Source: a bacterium (lineage in GTDB: Bacteria > Krumholzibacteriota > Krumholzibacteriia > G020349025). From it: a DNA stretch of 56,263 bases. The DNA is taken from contig JANLSU010000082.1 in NCBI GenBank assembly GCA_031362565.1, forward strand, positions 1-56,263, given 5' to 3'. The translations under genes were made by a program, and so were the position numbers. The notes under the pieces are model-generated. The model was given only the letters and a program-made list of their open reading frames with translations. It ran no database searches and was not told the DNA's origin. Of the stretch, positions 8,417 to 21,918 are shown piece by piece. Positions within the stretch are counted from its first letter, which is position 1. Each line of letters opens with the position of its first letter.

Positions 8417-10165
8417 ATGTGGCATCGCCATCGATCGAGGATCGGCCTCTGCGCCGTCATCACTTTCGCGAGTCCAGTTGCCTGCTGGAGCGAAGCACGT
8501 CTGCCGGGTGACGCCATTCCACTGTCTGACGCGTACCGGGAACCGGGAGGATTTCTGGCCCGGTGCGTGGCCGTCGACGATCCAACACCTGCGCCCGCCA
8601 GCGACGTCCAATCGTTCAGCCAGACCTTCCGAGTGCTCGACTTGGTTCGCGGCTCGACGCATGGTGACTCACGTGCGGCGATCACCTACACGACGGGCCG
8701 CGACGAGCGTCCGATCCGGCGGGGTGAGATCGTCTATTGGTTCGGAACCATCGCGGCGGACGACGCTTGGTCGGTCCGCAAGGCACTGCCCGATACCGGC
8801 GACGATCTCGACGATGCCCGCCGCGCGGCCGATCAGTCCCGGTACGAGCACAAACCGGCGGGAATCGCGGTATCCATCGACCGGGTGCAGTCCATCTCAG
8901 CGTTGGGTGAGCCGCTGCCGGTCGGGCTTTGGGTTTCGCGCGATGATCCCGATTCGATCCTCGCGTGGGCGGACTTCGGGGCTGGGCACTTCGACATCGT
9001 GGCGAGCGATGGAGAGCCGGTCGAACGCTCGGGGCCGGAGCCCTCGATCGCGGCACGGCTCGAGCCGTTCGCGGCCGGGACCCGGCGCAAAGTATGGAGA
9101 GAGGACCTCGGGCCGGCGTACGACTGGCTCGCGGGACGCCCCATGCGGTCGTTCACGATGGTGTGGCGTGGCACGATGCGAATCGGTGATCGCGATGCCA
9201 CACCGGTCGAAGTCGTCTCGCCTCCCGAGCGGTTTGTGATTCGCGATCCCCGCCAGCTCGCATGGGGCACGCCCGGCGCCGGGCTCGCGTGCGGGTTGGC
9301 CGCCGAACACGACAGCGTCATGCAAGGCGATCGCCTGCAACTGCAATTGGGATTGCGGTTCGATCCGGACACCGCGCCGCCTTCCCTCGGCATGCTGAAT
9401 GACTATTCGCGCGAAGTGGGCTTTACATTCACGAACAAGCGCACGGGCGAAAGCATCGCCCGCGCCCCGACCGTATTCGTGGGCATTGGCTTGCCCATGG
9501 CGGGACACAACGATTTTGTGCCGCTGCACGAGCGTCCGGTGATTGTCCGGTCGATTCCCGTCTCACTGCTCACTCCGGAGGGCGAGCAGCTTCCGGAAGG
9601 GACTTACTCGGTCGTGGCGTGGTACCAGAACGAGGGTACCCCGCAAATCCTCGAACCGGACTGTTGGTTTCCGACCGAGTACAAAGGCCCGTGGACATTC
9701 TGGAAAGGGAAACTCTCTTCGGCGCCGATTCTGATGTGCGTTCAGCGCGCCGATTCAATCGTGCAGAACTTCCGAGTGAACTCCGGGTACGTCGTGCAGA
9801 AGTCGGACGGCCGGACGTGCTGGGGTCTCAGTCCGCAGAATCCGCTACACGTTCGGGTCGCGACACGTCCGGGGTATTACATCGGACGCAAGACTACTGG
9901 GTCCTTCGCCATCGGTAACGAGCACCGCAGACCTGCCGGAGGACAAGAGAGCAGCGCGGTTTGGGAGCCGGGGGGCGGTTGCATGTGTCGCCTGACGCCG
10001 GAAGAGGAGGCGCGTCTCGCGGCTGGCGAGCGACTCACGATGCACGGCGAGAGCACCATTTTCGAAACATCGAATCCCCCGGGACACATGTGGCGCCCGG
10101 AGGCTGGGGACTATCGCGTCCTCTGGCGCGGCAGTTTCGACAGTGGAACGCCGGCGCGGCACTAG
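8417..10165 (+). CDS. Exported hypothetical multidomain protein
   Basis: Long ORF, GGAG RBS, signal-like N-terminus; internal WG..GLxxGL ... WKGKLSS Ig-like module; function unknown. Confidence 0.6.
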   Translation: MWHRHRSRIGLCAVITFASPVACWSEARLPGDAIPLSDAYREPGGFLARCVAVDDPTPAPASDVQSFSQTFRVLDLVRGSTHGDSRAAITYTTGRDERPIRRGEIVYWFGTIAADDAWSVRKALPDTGDDLDDARRAADQSRYEHKPAGIAVSIDRVQSISALGEPLPVGLWVSRDDPDSILAWADFGAGHFDIVASDGEPVERSGPEPSIAARLEPFAAGTRRKVWREDLGPAYDWLAGRPMRSFTMVWRGTMRIGDRDATPVEVVSPPERFVIRDPRQLAWGTPGAGLACGLAAEHDSVMQGDRLQLQLGLRFDPDTAPPSLGMLNDYSREVGFTFTNKRTGESIARAPTVFVGIGLPMAGHNDFVPLHERPVIVRSIPVSLLTPEGEQLPEGTYSVVAWYQNEGTPQILEPDCWFPTEYKGPWTFWKGKLSSAPILMCVQRADSIVQNFRVNSGYVVQKSDGRTCWGLSPQNPLHVRVATRPGYYIGRKTTGSFAIGNEHRRPAGGQESSAVWEPGGGCMCRLTPEEEARLAAGERLTMHGESTIFETSNPPGHMWRPEAGDYRVLWRGSFDSGTPARH

Positions 10166-10329
10166 ACTCAGCGGCGAATCGCGACGACCGAGGAGGCGGT
10201 GGAAATCGACCCATTGTCGCGATCCCGCCGGTGGCGCTAGGCTTCCTGGCCGGTCGTGCGTTCGAAATCCCGAACCAGGCCCGCGCGCCTCGCCAGCGCC
10301 AACGGCACATCCCTGAGCGGAGCACTGCC

Positions 10330-10605
10330 ATGAGCATTACGGTACAAGTCCCCGGCGTGCTGCGCGACCGTTGTAACGTCGCGGCAGAGATTCCCGTCAT
10401 AGCGTCGGGGGTGCGCGAATTGCTCGAGCAGCTCGAACGGCACTACCCCGAGTTGCATCGCAGCGTCTGCGACGAGACCGGCGCCGTGCGCCGCCACATC
10501 AACCTGTTCGTCAATACGTCGAATACCCGCGACCTGGAGGGCGTCGATACGGTGCTCGCCCCAGGCGATACGGTCACCATTTTGCCCGCGGTTTCAGGAG
10601 GTTAG
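10330..10605 (+). CDS. MoaD/ThiS-family ubiquitin-like protein
   Basis: 91 aa; HINLFVN, GDTVTILPAVSGG with C-terminal Gly-Gly; GGAG RBS. Confidence 0.92.
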   Translation: MSITVQVPGVLRDRCNVAAEIPVIASGVRELLEQLERHYPELHRSVCDETGAVRRHINLFVNTSNTRDLEGVDTVLAPGDTVTILPAVSGG

Positions 10606-10606
10606 C

Positions 10607-11690
10607 ATGCCGGAGCGAGTCATCCTGTGCATCGGGACCAAGAAGGGCCTGTTCGTGGCCGAAGCCTCGAGGACCCGGCGCACTTTCGCGCTGCGCGGGC
10701 CCTTCGGAGCCGGTGTCGGCGTGTATTCGGCGCTGATCGACAACCGCGGCGCTCCGCGCCTGTACGCCTCGAGCTGCAATCCGTTCTTCGGCATGAAGGT
10801 CCTGCGCTCGACCGACCTCGGCAGGTCGTTCAAGGAAACCAAGTCGGCACCCGCCTTCCCGAAAGAAGACGGCCGCGCGCTTGCCAACATCTGGGCGCTC
10901 GAGACGGGTGGCGGCAAGAAGGATCTGCTGTGCGGCGTCGAACCGGCGTCGTTTTTCCGCAGCCGCGATGCGGGCGACACCTGGGAGATGGTCGATGGCA
11001 TCAGCAACCACGATCACGCGCGCAAGTGGCACCCGGGCAATGGCGGGCTCTGCATGCACACGATCATCCGGGACGGCAATCGCGTCCACCTCGGCATCTC
11101 GACCGGCGGCCACTACCTGAGCGAGGACGGCGGCGAAACATTCACCGCTTCGAACAAGGGTGTCGGCGCCGGATTCCAGCCCGATCCCTACCCCGAGTTC
11201 GGCCAGTGCGTGCACAAGATCGTCCGCCATGACGACGCTCCCGGCCGCCTCTATATGCAGAACCACGGCGGTTGGGCCAACTGGGACGGGCCCGGGGGTC
11301 CGCGCCCCGACATCGGCGTGCTGCGAAGCGACGATCACGGCCACACCTGGCGTTCGATCGCCAAGGGGCTGCCGACGGACTTCGGATTCCCGATCGTCGT
11401 CCACCCGGACGACCCCGACACGGTCTACGTTGCACCGCTCGAACCAATGACGCGCACCTGCCCAGGCGGCGCACCGGCTGTCTGGCGGAGCGAGAACGGC
11501 GGCGACTCGTGGCGCCGCCTGACCCGCGGGCTGCCGAAGAAGGCCAGCTTCTTCACGATCCTGCGCGACGCCATGGATGTCGACCGGCTCAAGTCTCCGG
11601 CACTGTACTTCGGCACGACGACCGGTCAGCTTTGGCTCGGCCGCGATGGCGGCGAGCAATGGGAGTGCCTGTTCGATTCGCTGCCGCCGA

Positions 11691-11719
<29 letters not shown>
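10607..11719 (+). CDS. Cytoplasmic BNR-repeat (sialidase-like) beta-propeller protein
   Basis: IGTKKGLF start, six or more SxDxGxxW boxes, PEFGQCVHK, QNHGG; no signal peptide; 1 nt after MoaD-like gene. Confidence 0.85.
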
Positions 11720-13115
<1,396 letters not shown>

Positions 13116-13357
13116 AGGAACCTCCAGCGAAGCCCGAGCCAGGCGCCGGGGGGGTGTCGCCTTCCGGCACACCTCCATCTCGGTGGCGGCGCCACGCGCT
13201 ACATCTAACGACGCAAACAGCGGCGAATCAACCGTTTCGCCGGGTCCGGATTGCGGCACGAGGTAAGCAGGGGGAGAAGTTAGGCCAAGGGTGCGATCGG
13301 CCCCCGCCGGTCGCAGTGTCTTGGGCTCATGAGAGCCGCGGCGACGGGAGAATGAGC

Positions 13358-16300
13358 ATGCGGGTCGAGACCAAGGACTGCACTGCGGTCCGGCGCGTGA
13401 TCACCGTCGACGGCAATGAAGCCGCCGCACGTTCGGCGTACGCGCTGAACGAGATCTGCTGCATCTATCCCATCACCCCCTCCTCCCCCATGGGCGAATC
13501 GGCGGACGCCTGGTCAGCGGCGCGCCATCCCAACCTGTGGGGCACGATCCCGGCGGTCGTGGAGATGCAGAGCGAAGGCGGCGCCGCAGGCGCGGTGCAC
13601 GGGGCGTTGCAGACGGGCGCTCTCACGACGACCTTCACGTCATCTCAAGGCCTGCTGCTCATGATCCCGAACATGTACAAGATTGCCGGCGAACTCACGT
13701 CGACGGTCTTCCATGTCGCAGCCCGCTCGGTCGCAGCACAGGCGCTCTCCATCTTCGGCGATCATAGCGACGTCATGGCGGCACGCGGAACCGGCTGGGC
13801 CATGCTGGCCGCGGCCTCGGTGCAAGAGGCGCACGATTTCGCCGTCATCGCGCAGGCCGCCACCCTCAAAGCGCGCTTGCCCTTCGTGCATTTCTTCGAC
13901 GGCTTCCGCACCTCGCATGAGGTCGCCAAGATCGAAGCTCTGTCACCTGAGACGCTACGTTCGATGATCGATGACCGGCTGGTGTGGGAGCACCGCCGCC
14001 GTGGGCTATCGCCGGATCACCCGGTGTTGCGCGGCACGGCGCAAAACCCGGACGTCTTCTTCCAGGCCCGGGAGGCCGTCAATCCCTGGTACGACGCCTG
14101 CCCGGGCATCGTGCAGGCGACGATGAACTACTTCGCGGCGCTCACCGGCCGCCAGTACAAGCTCTTCGACTACAGCGGCGCCCCGGACGCCGAACGGGTG
14201 GTCGTGTTGATGGGCAGCGGCGCCGAGGCCGCATCCGAGTGCGTCGAGCATCTGTCGGCCCGCGGTGAAAAGGTGGGCGCCTTGCGGGTGCGCCTCTTCC
14301 GCCCATTCTCGATTGCCGCATTCCTCGCCGCCCTGCCCCGTTCGGTGCGCGCCGTCGCGGTTCTGGATCGCACCAAAGAGCCCGGCGCTGCCGGAGAGCC
14401 GTTGTACCAGGATGTGGTCACCGCGTGGAACGAGGCCGACCCGACCAGGGCGCGACCGCATATCGTCGGTGGGCGCTACGGTCTGTCGAGCAAAGAGTTT
14501 ACGCCGGCGATGGTGAAGGCGGTGCTCGACGAGTTGAAGAAGGGGGCGCCACGCAATCATTTCACGGTTGGCATCGTCGATGACGTGTCGGGCACGAGCC
14601 TCGAGCACGACCCGGACTTCAGTACCGAGAGCGAGGGCGTCTTCCGCGCCCTCTTCTACGGCCTTGGCAGCGACGGCACGGTCGGCGCGAACAAGAACAC
14701 CATCAAGATCATCGGCGAGGGCACTGACTTCAACGCCCAAGGCTACTTCGTATACGACAGCAAGAAGGCCGGTTCCATCACCGTGAGCCACCTGCGCTTC
14801 GGCCCGCAGGCCATCCGGTCCGCGTACCTGATCCGCAAAGCCAACTTCATCGGCTGCCACCACCCGATGTTTCTGGAGAAGCAAGACATCCTCGAAGCGG
14901 CGCTCCCGGGCGGCGTGTTTCTGCTCAACACGGCGGCCCCGGCCGGCAAGGTGTGGGAAACCCTGCCGCGCGAGGCGCAGCAGCATCTCATCGCCAAGAA
15001 GCTGAAGTTCTACGTCATCGACGCCTTCACGGTGGCGCGCGACACCGGCATGGCAGGGCGCATCAACACCATCATGCAAACGTGTTTCTTCGCCATCAGC
15101 GGCGTACTGCCGCGCGCCGCGGCTATCGCCCAGATCAAAAATTCCATCGAAGTGACCTACGGCAAGAAGGGTCAGAGCATCGTGCAGATGAACTTCGATG
15201 CGGTCGACGAGACGCTCGACCGACTGCACGAAGTCCAAGTCCCGGAGGCCTGCACGACGCGGCACACGATTCCGGCCCCCGTGAGTGAACGCGCCCCCGA
15301 GTTCGTGCGCTTCGTGCTCGGTCCAATCATTGCCGGACGCGGCGATGATTTGCCCGTGAGTGCGCTGCCCGCCGACGGCACCTATCCCACCGGAACCGCC
15401 AAGTGGGAGAAGCGCAACATCGCCGTCGAGATCCCCATTTGGGACGCCGATCTGTGCATCCAGTGCGGCAAGTGCGCCATCGTCTGTCCGCACGCCGCCA
15501 TCCGCTCCAAGGCCTACCCGGCAGCCACGCTCGCCGGTGCACCCGCCGGTTTCAAGTCCTCACCGGCGCGCGGCAAGGACTTCGAGAGCCTCGGAGAGGA
15601 CATGGTCTACACGATTCAGGTCGCACCGGAGGACTGCACCGGTTGTGGCATCTGCGTCGAGGTCTGCCCGGCGAAGAACAAACACGAGTCGCGTCTCCGC
15701 GCCATCAACTTGGAGCCCCAGCCCGTACACAAAGCGCGCGAAGCCGAGTGGTTCGAGTTCTTCCTGCGCCTGCCGGAACCGGATCGGCGCGCGGTCAAAT
15801 CGAGCAGCGTGCGTGGCAGCCAGCTCTTGGAACCGCTCTTCGAATTCAGCGGCGCCTGCTCCGGGTGTGGCGAGACCCCCTACGTCAAACTCGTGAGCCA
15901 GCTGTTCGGGGACCGGGCCCTGGTCGCCAACGCCACCGGCTGCTCGTCCATCTACGGCGGCAACCTGCCGACGACGCCATGGGCCCAGACCCGCGAGGGG
16001 CGCGGCCCCGCGTGGTCCAACTCGCTGTTCGAGGACAACGCGGAGTTCGGGCTTGGCTTCCGCTTGACCCTCGATAAGCAGGCGCAGATGGCGTCGGAGC
16101 TGCTGGAGAAACTGCGACCCGAGATCGGCAGCGCCCTCGTCGACGGGCTCGTGAACGCCGATCAGAACGACGCGGCGGGCATCTACGATCAACGATTGCG
16201 CGTCGAGGAACTCGCAAGCGCGTTGGCGCGCCTGCACGGTAACGCGGATGCCGACAACCTCGCATCACTGTGCAGCGCGCTGGTGAAGAAGAGCGTCTGG

Positions 16301-17038
16301 ATCATCGGCGGCGACGGCTGGGCGTATGACATCGGTTTCGGCGGCCTCGACCACGTCATGGCGAGCGGCCGCAACGTCAACATCTTGGTGCTCGACACCG
16401 AGGTCTACAGCAACACCGGCGGGCAGATGAGCAAGAGCACGCCGCGCGGTGCGGTGGCCAAGTATGCCGCCGGCGGCAAGGCCATGCCGAAGAAGGACCT
16501 CGGCCTCATCGCCATGACCTACGGCAATGTGTACGTGGCGCGAGTCGCCATGGGTGCGAACGATGCGCAGACCATCCGGACCCTGCTCGAGGCCGAGGCG
16601 TATGACGGGCCATCTTTGGTCATCGCCTACAGCCACTGCATCGCGCATGGCATTCAGATGCGCACCGCGATGACCAATCAAAAGCTCGCGGTGCAGTGCG
16701 GCCACTGGCCGCTCTTCCGCTACAACCCCGAGCGGGCGCGCGACGGCAAGAACCCGCTGCAGCTCGACAGCAAGGCTCCGAGCATCCCGTTCGCGCGCTA
16801 CGCGGAAATGGAGATGCGTTACAAGATGCTCACCAAGTCGCACCCCGAGGAAGCGCGCCGCCTGCAGGCCTTGGCGCAACAGGATGTCGACGCGCGCTGG
16901 CGACTCTACGATCAGATGGCTTCGGCGGTGTACGAAGGTGCGGCGGCGATGGCATCGCCGACCGTGCCGCCGGTCTCGGGCCCCGAATCAGGCGTTGTGT
17001 CCGCCGTCCGGCAAGAGACGGCAAGGAGCGAGACATGA
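13358..17038 (+). CDS. nifJ: Pyruvate:ferredoxin/flavodoxin oxidoreductase, homodimeric type
   Basis: YPITPSS, EMQSEGGAAG, GLGSDGTVGANK, two CxxCxxCxxxCP, EFSGACSGCGETPY, GGDGWAYDIG; start 13352 or 13358. Confidence 0.97.
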   Translation: MRVETKDCTAVRRVITVDGNEAAARSAYALNEICCIYPITPSSPMGESADAWSAARHPNLWGTIPAVVEMQSEGGAAGAVHGALQTGALTTTFTSSQGLLLMIPNMYKIAGELTSTVFHVAARSVAAQALSIFGDHSDVMAARGTGWAMLAAASVQEAHDFAVIAQAATLKARLPFVHFFDGFRTSHEVAKIEALSPETLRSMIDDRLVWEHRRRGLSPDHPVLRGTAQNPDVFFQAREAVNPWYDACPGIVQATMNYFAALTGRQYKLFDYSGAPDAERVVVLMGSGAEAASECVEHLSARGEKVGALRVRLFRPFSIAAFLAALPRSVRAVAVLDRTKEPGAAGEPLYQDVVTAWNEADPTRARPHIVGGRYGLSSKEFTPAMVKAVLDELKKGAPRNHFTVGIVDDVSGTSLEHDPDFSTESEGVFRALFYGLGSDGTVGANKNTIKIIGEGTDFNAQGYFVYDSKKAGSITVSHLRFGPQAIRSAYLIRKANFIGCHHPMFLEKQDILEAALPGGVFLLNTAAPAGKVWETLPREAQQHLIAKKLKFYVIDAFTVARDTGMAGRINTIMQTCFFAISGVLPRAAAIAQIKNSIEVTYGKKGQSIVQMNFDAVDETLDRLHEVQVPEACTTRHTIPAPVSERAPEFVRFVLGPIIAGRGDDLPVSALPADGTYPTGTAKWEKRNIAVEIPIWDADLCIQCGKCAIVCPHAAIRSKAYPAATLAGAPAGFKSSPARGKDFESLGEDMVYTIQVAPEDCTGCGICVEVCPAKNKHESRLRAINLEPQPVHKAREAEWFEFFLRLPEPDRRAVKSSSVRGSQLLEPLFEFSGACSGCGETPYVKLVSQLFGDRALVANATGCSSIYGGNLPTTPWAQTREGRGPAWSNSLFEDNAEFGLGFRLTLDKQAQMASELLEKLRPEIGSALVDGLVNADQNDAAGIYDQRLRVEELASALARLHGNADADNLASLCSALVKKSVWIIGGDGWAYDIGFGGLDHVMASGRNVNILVLDTEVYSNTGGQMSKSTPRGAVAKYAAGGKAMPKKDLGLIAMTYGNVYVARVAMGANDAQTIRTLLEAEAYDGPSLVIAYSHCIAHGIQMRTAMTNQKLAVQCGHWPLFRYNPERARDGKNPLQLDSKAPSIPFARYAEMEMRYKMLTKSHPEEARRLQALAQQDVDARWRLYDQMASAVYEGAAAMASPTVPPVSGPESGVVSAVRQETARSET

Positions 17039-18027
17039 CCGACCTCTCGACCACCTATCTGGGCCTGCCGCTCGCCAACCCGCTCGTTCCGGGGGCGTCG
17101 CCGCTCTCCCGCCAGCTCGATTCAGCCAAACGTCTGGAAGACGCCGGCGCCGCCGCCATCGTCATGGAGTCGCTGTTCGAAGAACAGATCGTCCAGGATC
17201 AGCGCGAGCTGTACTGGTGCACGACCAACGCCACCGAGAGCTACGCCGAGTCGCTGTCGTACTTCCCCGAGCAAGAGATCTACGCGGTGAGCGGCGAGGG
17301 GTACCTCGAGAAGATCCAGCGGATGAAGGCGGCGCTCTCCATCCCGGTGATCGCCAGTCTGAACGGCGCCACGCTCGGTGGCTGGACACGCTACGCCCAC
17401 CTCATGGAGCAAGCGGGTGCCGACGCGCTCGAGCTCAACATCTATTTCCTCGCGACCGACGCCGAGCAAACGTCGCAGGCGGTCGAGGCGCGCTATCTCG
17501 ACATCTTGCGCGCCGTGCGCGAGTCAGTGCGCATCCCCATTGCAGTCAAGCTGGGCCCATACTTCAGCGCGTTCGCGCGCCTGGCGCAAGACCTGGACCA
17601 CGCCGGTGCCGACGGCCTCGTCCTCTTCAACCGCTTCTACCAGCCCGATTTCGATCTCGACGAACTCGAGGTCGTGCCCAACGTGTTACTCAGTACACCA
17701 CAGGCCATGCGCCTGCCGTTGCGGTGGATCGCCATCCTGCATGGCCGCCTGCGGGCCAGTCTCGCCGCAACGGGCGGCGTCCACACGGCCCACGACGTCG
17801 TGAAGATGCTCCTGGCCGGCGCCGACATCACCCAGATGGCCTCGGCCCTCCTCCAACACGGCCCCGGCCACGTAAGCACCGTGCTCGCCGGCCTCACCGC
17901 GTGGATGGAAGAGAAAGGCTTCGAATCCGTCGCCCAGATGAAAGGCAGCATGAGCTACAAAAACGTCCGCGACCCCGCCACCTTCGAGCGCGCCAACTAC
18001 ATGAAAGCCCTCAAGCGCTACATCTAA
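17035..18027 (+). CDS. Dihydroorotate dehydrogenase-like FMN protein
   Basis: DLSTTYLGLPLANP, SLFEEQI, ELNIY, VKLGPY, LFNRFYQPD, TGGVH, FERANY; ATGA overlap with nifJ. Confidence 0.9.
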   Translation: MTDLSTTYLGLPLANPLVPGASPLSRQLDSAKRLEDAGAAAIVMESLFEEQIVQDQRELYWCTTNATESYAESLSYFPEQEIYAVSGEGYLEKIQRMKAALSIPVIASLNGATLGGWTRYAHLMEQAGADALELNIYFLATDAEQTSQAVEARYLDILRAVRESVRIPIAVKLGPYFSAFARLAQDLDHAGADGLVLFNRFYQPDFDLDELEVVPNVLLSTPQAMRLPLRWIAILHGRLRASLAATGGVHTAHDVVKMLLAGADITQMASALLQHGPGHVSTVLAGLTAWMEEKGFESVAQMKGSMSYKNVRDPATFERANYMKALKRYI

Positions 18028-18168
18028 GCGCGTGCATGGCCTACCGGAGGGGATGTCGGAATCGCACCCGCGCAGTAGCAGAGGCCGCTCAGCGTGCTTC
18101 AACCCCCGAAGGGAGCACCAAGCTCCCCATAGCTAAACATGAGCCGCCCGGCGCCATCCAGCGACGGA

Positions 18169-18312
18169 GCGCGACGGTGCGCACAGGTGTGGGCGGGCGA
18201 GTCGAGAGGAGCCGAAGGCCTGGAGGGCCGAGAGGCGACGAGCGAGGGAGAGAGCCGACAGGAGGTCGGCGAACGACCGCGAGCCCGCCCGCACCTGGGC
18301 GCGCCGTCGCGC
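18169..18312 (+). repeat. 144-bp structured element with 30-bp imperfect terminal inverted repeats (REP/MITE-like or sRNA)
   Basis: Arms 18169-18198 and 18283-18312 pair 27/30; two internal hairpins with GGAG loops. Confidence 0.65.
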
Positions 18313-18350
18313 GGTGCCCTTGCAGTGAGTTCCTTCCTTGGTGCGGCGCG

Positions 18351-18650
18351 TTATTTCCCGGACACGCCCATCATGCCGCGCGTCACGAAGTCGCTCATCG
18401 TGAAGACGAAGAGAAAGAGCAGCCAGACGAAGGCACTGACGATGACCAGCTTGGTGAGCCGCGTGCTGTATTTGGCGTGCATGAAGAAGAGGATGACGAT
18501 GGTCGCCTTGGTAATCGCGATTCCCAGTGCCACCAAGGTATTCAACGGACCCAAATCCTGGAACGCCACGACGACCGTAATCAAGGTGAGCGCCAGGAGC
18601 GTGACGAACACCCCGACATAGTTGCGAATCGGACTCACGTGCATCGACAT
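18351..18650 (-). CDS. ctaF: Cytochrome c oxidase subunit IV (caa3-type)
   Basis: Three TMs, IAITKATIVILFFMH; last gene of the operon. Confidence 0.88.
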   Translation of the reverse strand: MSMHVSPIRNYVGVFVTLLALTLITVVVAFQDLGPLNTLVALGIAITKATIVILFFMHAKYSTRLTKLVIVSAFVWLLFLFVFTMSDFVTRGMMGVSGK

Positions 18651-18663
18651 GCCGGTCCTCCGC

Positions 18664-19300
18664 TCAGTGCCGTCCCAACAGGTACAGCAAGGGGAACAGG
18701 AAAATCCACACGATATCGACGAAGTGCCAGTAGAGGCCGAAGCACTCGATCGGGTGGTAGTAATCCGCCGTGTACTTGCCGCGCACACAAGATGGCAAGA
18801 GCCACAGGATGAGGCCGGCGCCGATGATCATGTGCAAGGCGTGCAGCCCGGTCATGGCGAAATACAGCGAGTAGAACAGCTGTACCTCGCGCCCGCCCGG
18901 CCCATCCCATTGGAAATGCAACCCGGGAATCAGGTGATGCGCGAACTTGTCGTGGTACTCGATCGCCTTCACCCCGAGGAACACGAATCCCAGAATAAGC
19001 GTCAGCACCATGAACCCGGTTAACTTCTTGCGCTCGCCGGTCTGCGCCGCGCGGACGCCGAGCGCCATGGTCAAACTGCTGCAAATCAGCACGATGGTAT
19101 TGAAGGCACCCAACCGGATGTCGAGGTGGTGGCTGCCGGCGTGAAACGCCAGTGGGAACTTCCACCGGTAGAGCAAATACGCCATGAACAGGCCGCCGAA
19201 AAACATGATTTCGGTGACCAGAAAAATCCACATCGCCAGCGTCGACGATTCGCGCTGCTGGTCCAGAGTTTCGAAGTGATGCGCCAGGAGCGGATGTGCT

Positions 19301-19311
<11 letters not shown>
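18664..19311 (-). CDS. ctaE: Cytochrome c oxidase subunit III
   Basis: [33 protein letters not shown]. Confidence 0.95.
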
Positions 19312-20916
<1,605 letters not shown>

Positions 20917-20920
<4 letters not shown>

Positions 20921-21918
20921 GGCGTCCCGTCCGTCGTGAAACCGGCGCGCCGCAGCGCCGCCGCACCGGCCGGCACGGCTCCCGCCGCGGGCTGGATCGT
21001 CTTGATGTAAGCGATAAGACTCATGAGATCGTCCTCCGCCACCTGGCCTTGAAACGTGGGCATGAGCGGTTGGAAGCCGGCGACGACTTTGGTGTTCGGA
21101 CTCAGGATCGACTCGCGGATGTACGTCTCGTCGGCCAGCACGGTGCCACCGTTCGCAAGTTGAACGCGTTTGCCGAACAGGCCCGCGAGCCCGGGGCCGC
21201 GCACCGCGGTGTCCTGCCGGTGGCAGGTGACACACGCCAGCGCCGTGAACAATTCTTCGCCGCGTGCTACGGGTGTCATCGTGCTCGTTTTGCCACCCGC
21301 GAGCCACAGCTCGTATTCACGCGGGGTTTGCACGATGACGCGGCCGACCATTCCGGAGTGCTGCGTACCGCAGTACTCGGCGCAGAAGATGTGGTACTCG
21401 CCCGGTTTGGTGGGCTGGAACCACAGGCTCGTGTAGCGGCCTGGCAGCACGTCGCACTTGGTCCGGAAGGACGGGAAGTAGAGGCTGTGGATGACGTCCT
21501 CGGAGGTCATCGTGATCTTGATCGGATGCCCCGTCGGCACGTGCAACTCGTTGATCTCGCGATGTCCGTCCGGATGTTGGAACTTCCACATCCATTGCTT
21601 GCCGACACAGTAGTACTCGGTCGACTGTGCCGGCGGCCGGCAGAGCGAGAAGAAGACCTTGGTGCCCCACGCGAACAAGAACAGCATGATGATGAACGGC
21701 AGGACCGACCAGCCGATTTCGAGCATGTTGTTGCCGTGGATCGGCACGCCGACCTGGTCGGCGTGGCGGCGGCGGTACTTGACCGACAAGAAGACGACCA
21801 GGAAGAAAATGATCACCGTGAACACCAACGAGATGAGCACGCTGACGTAATAGATGGCGTCGACTTGCCCCGACAACGTCGAGGCGGATTCGGGCGCCAG
21901 TCGGATGCTCTCGAACAT
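20917..21918 (-). CDS. ctaC: Cytochrome c oxidase subunit II with fused cytochrome c
   Basis: [17 protein letters not shown]uA site, C-terminal CVTCH..MP. Confidence 0.96.

Noticed and set aside
10173..10229. Stem-loop upstream of the MoaD-like gene (possible Moco riboswitch)
   Set aside because: Only a 10-bp imperfect stem in GC-rich DNA; no recognisable riboswitch consensus.
13116..13350. tnaC-like leader peptide upstream of tryptophanase
   Set aside because: No short ORF with the W..D...P-stop pattern was recognised.
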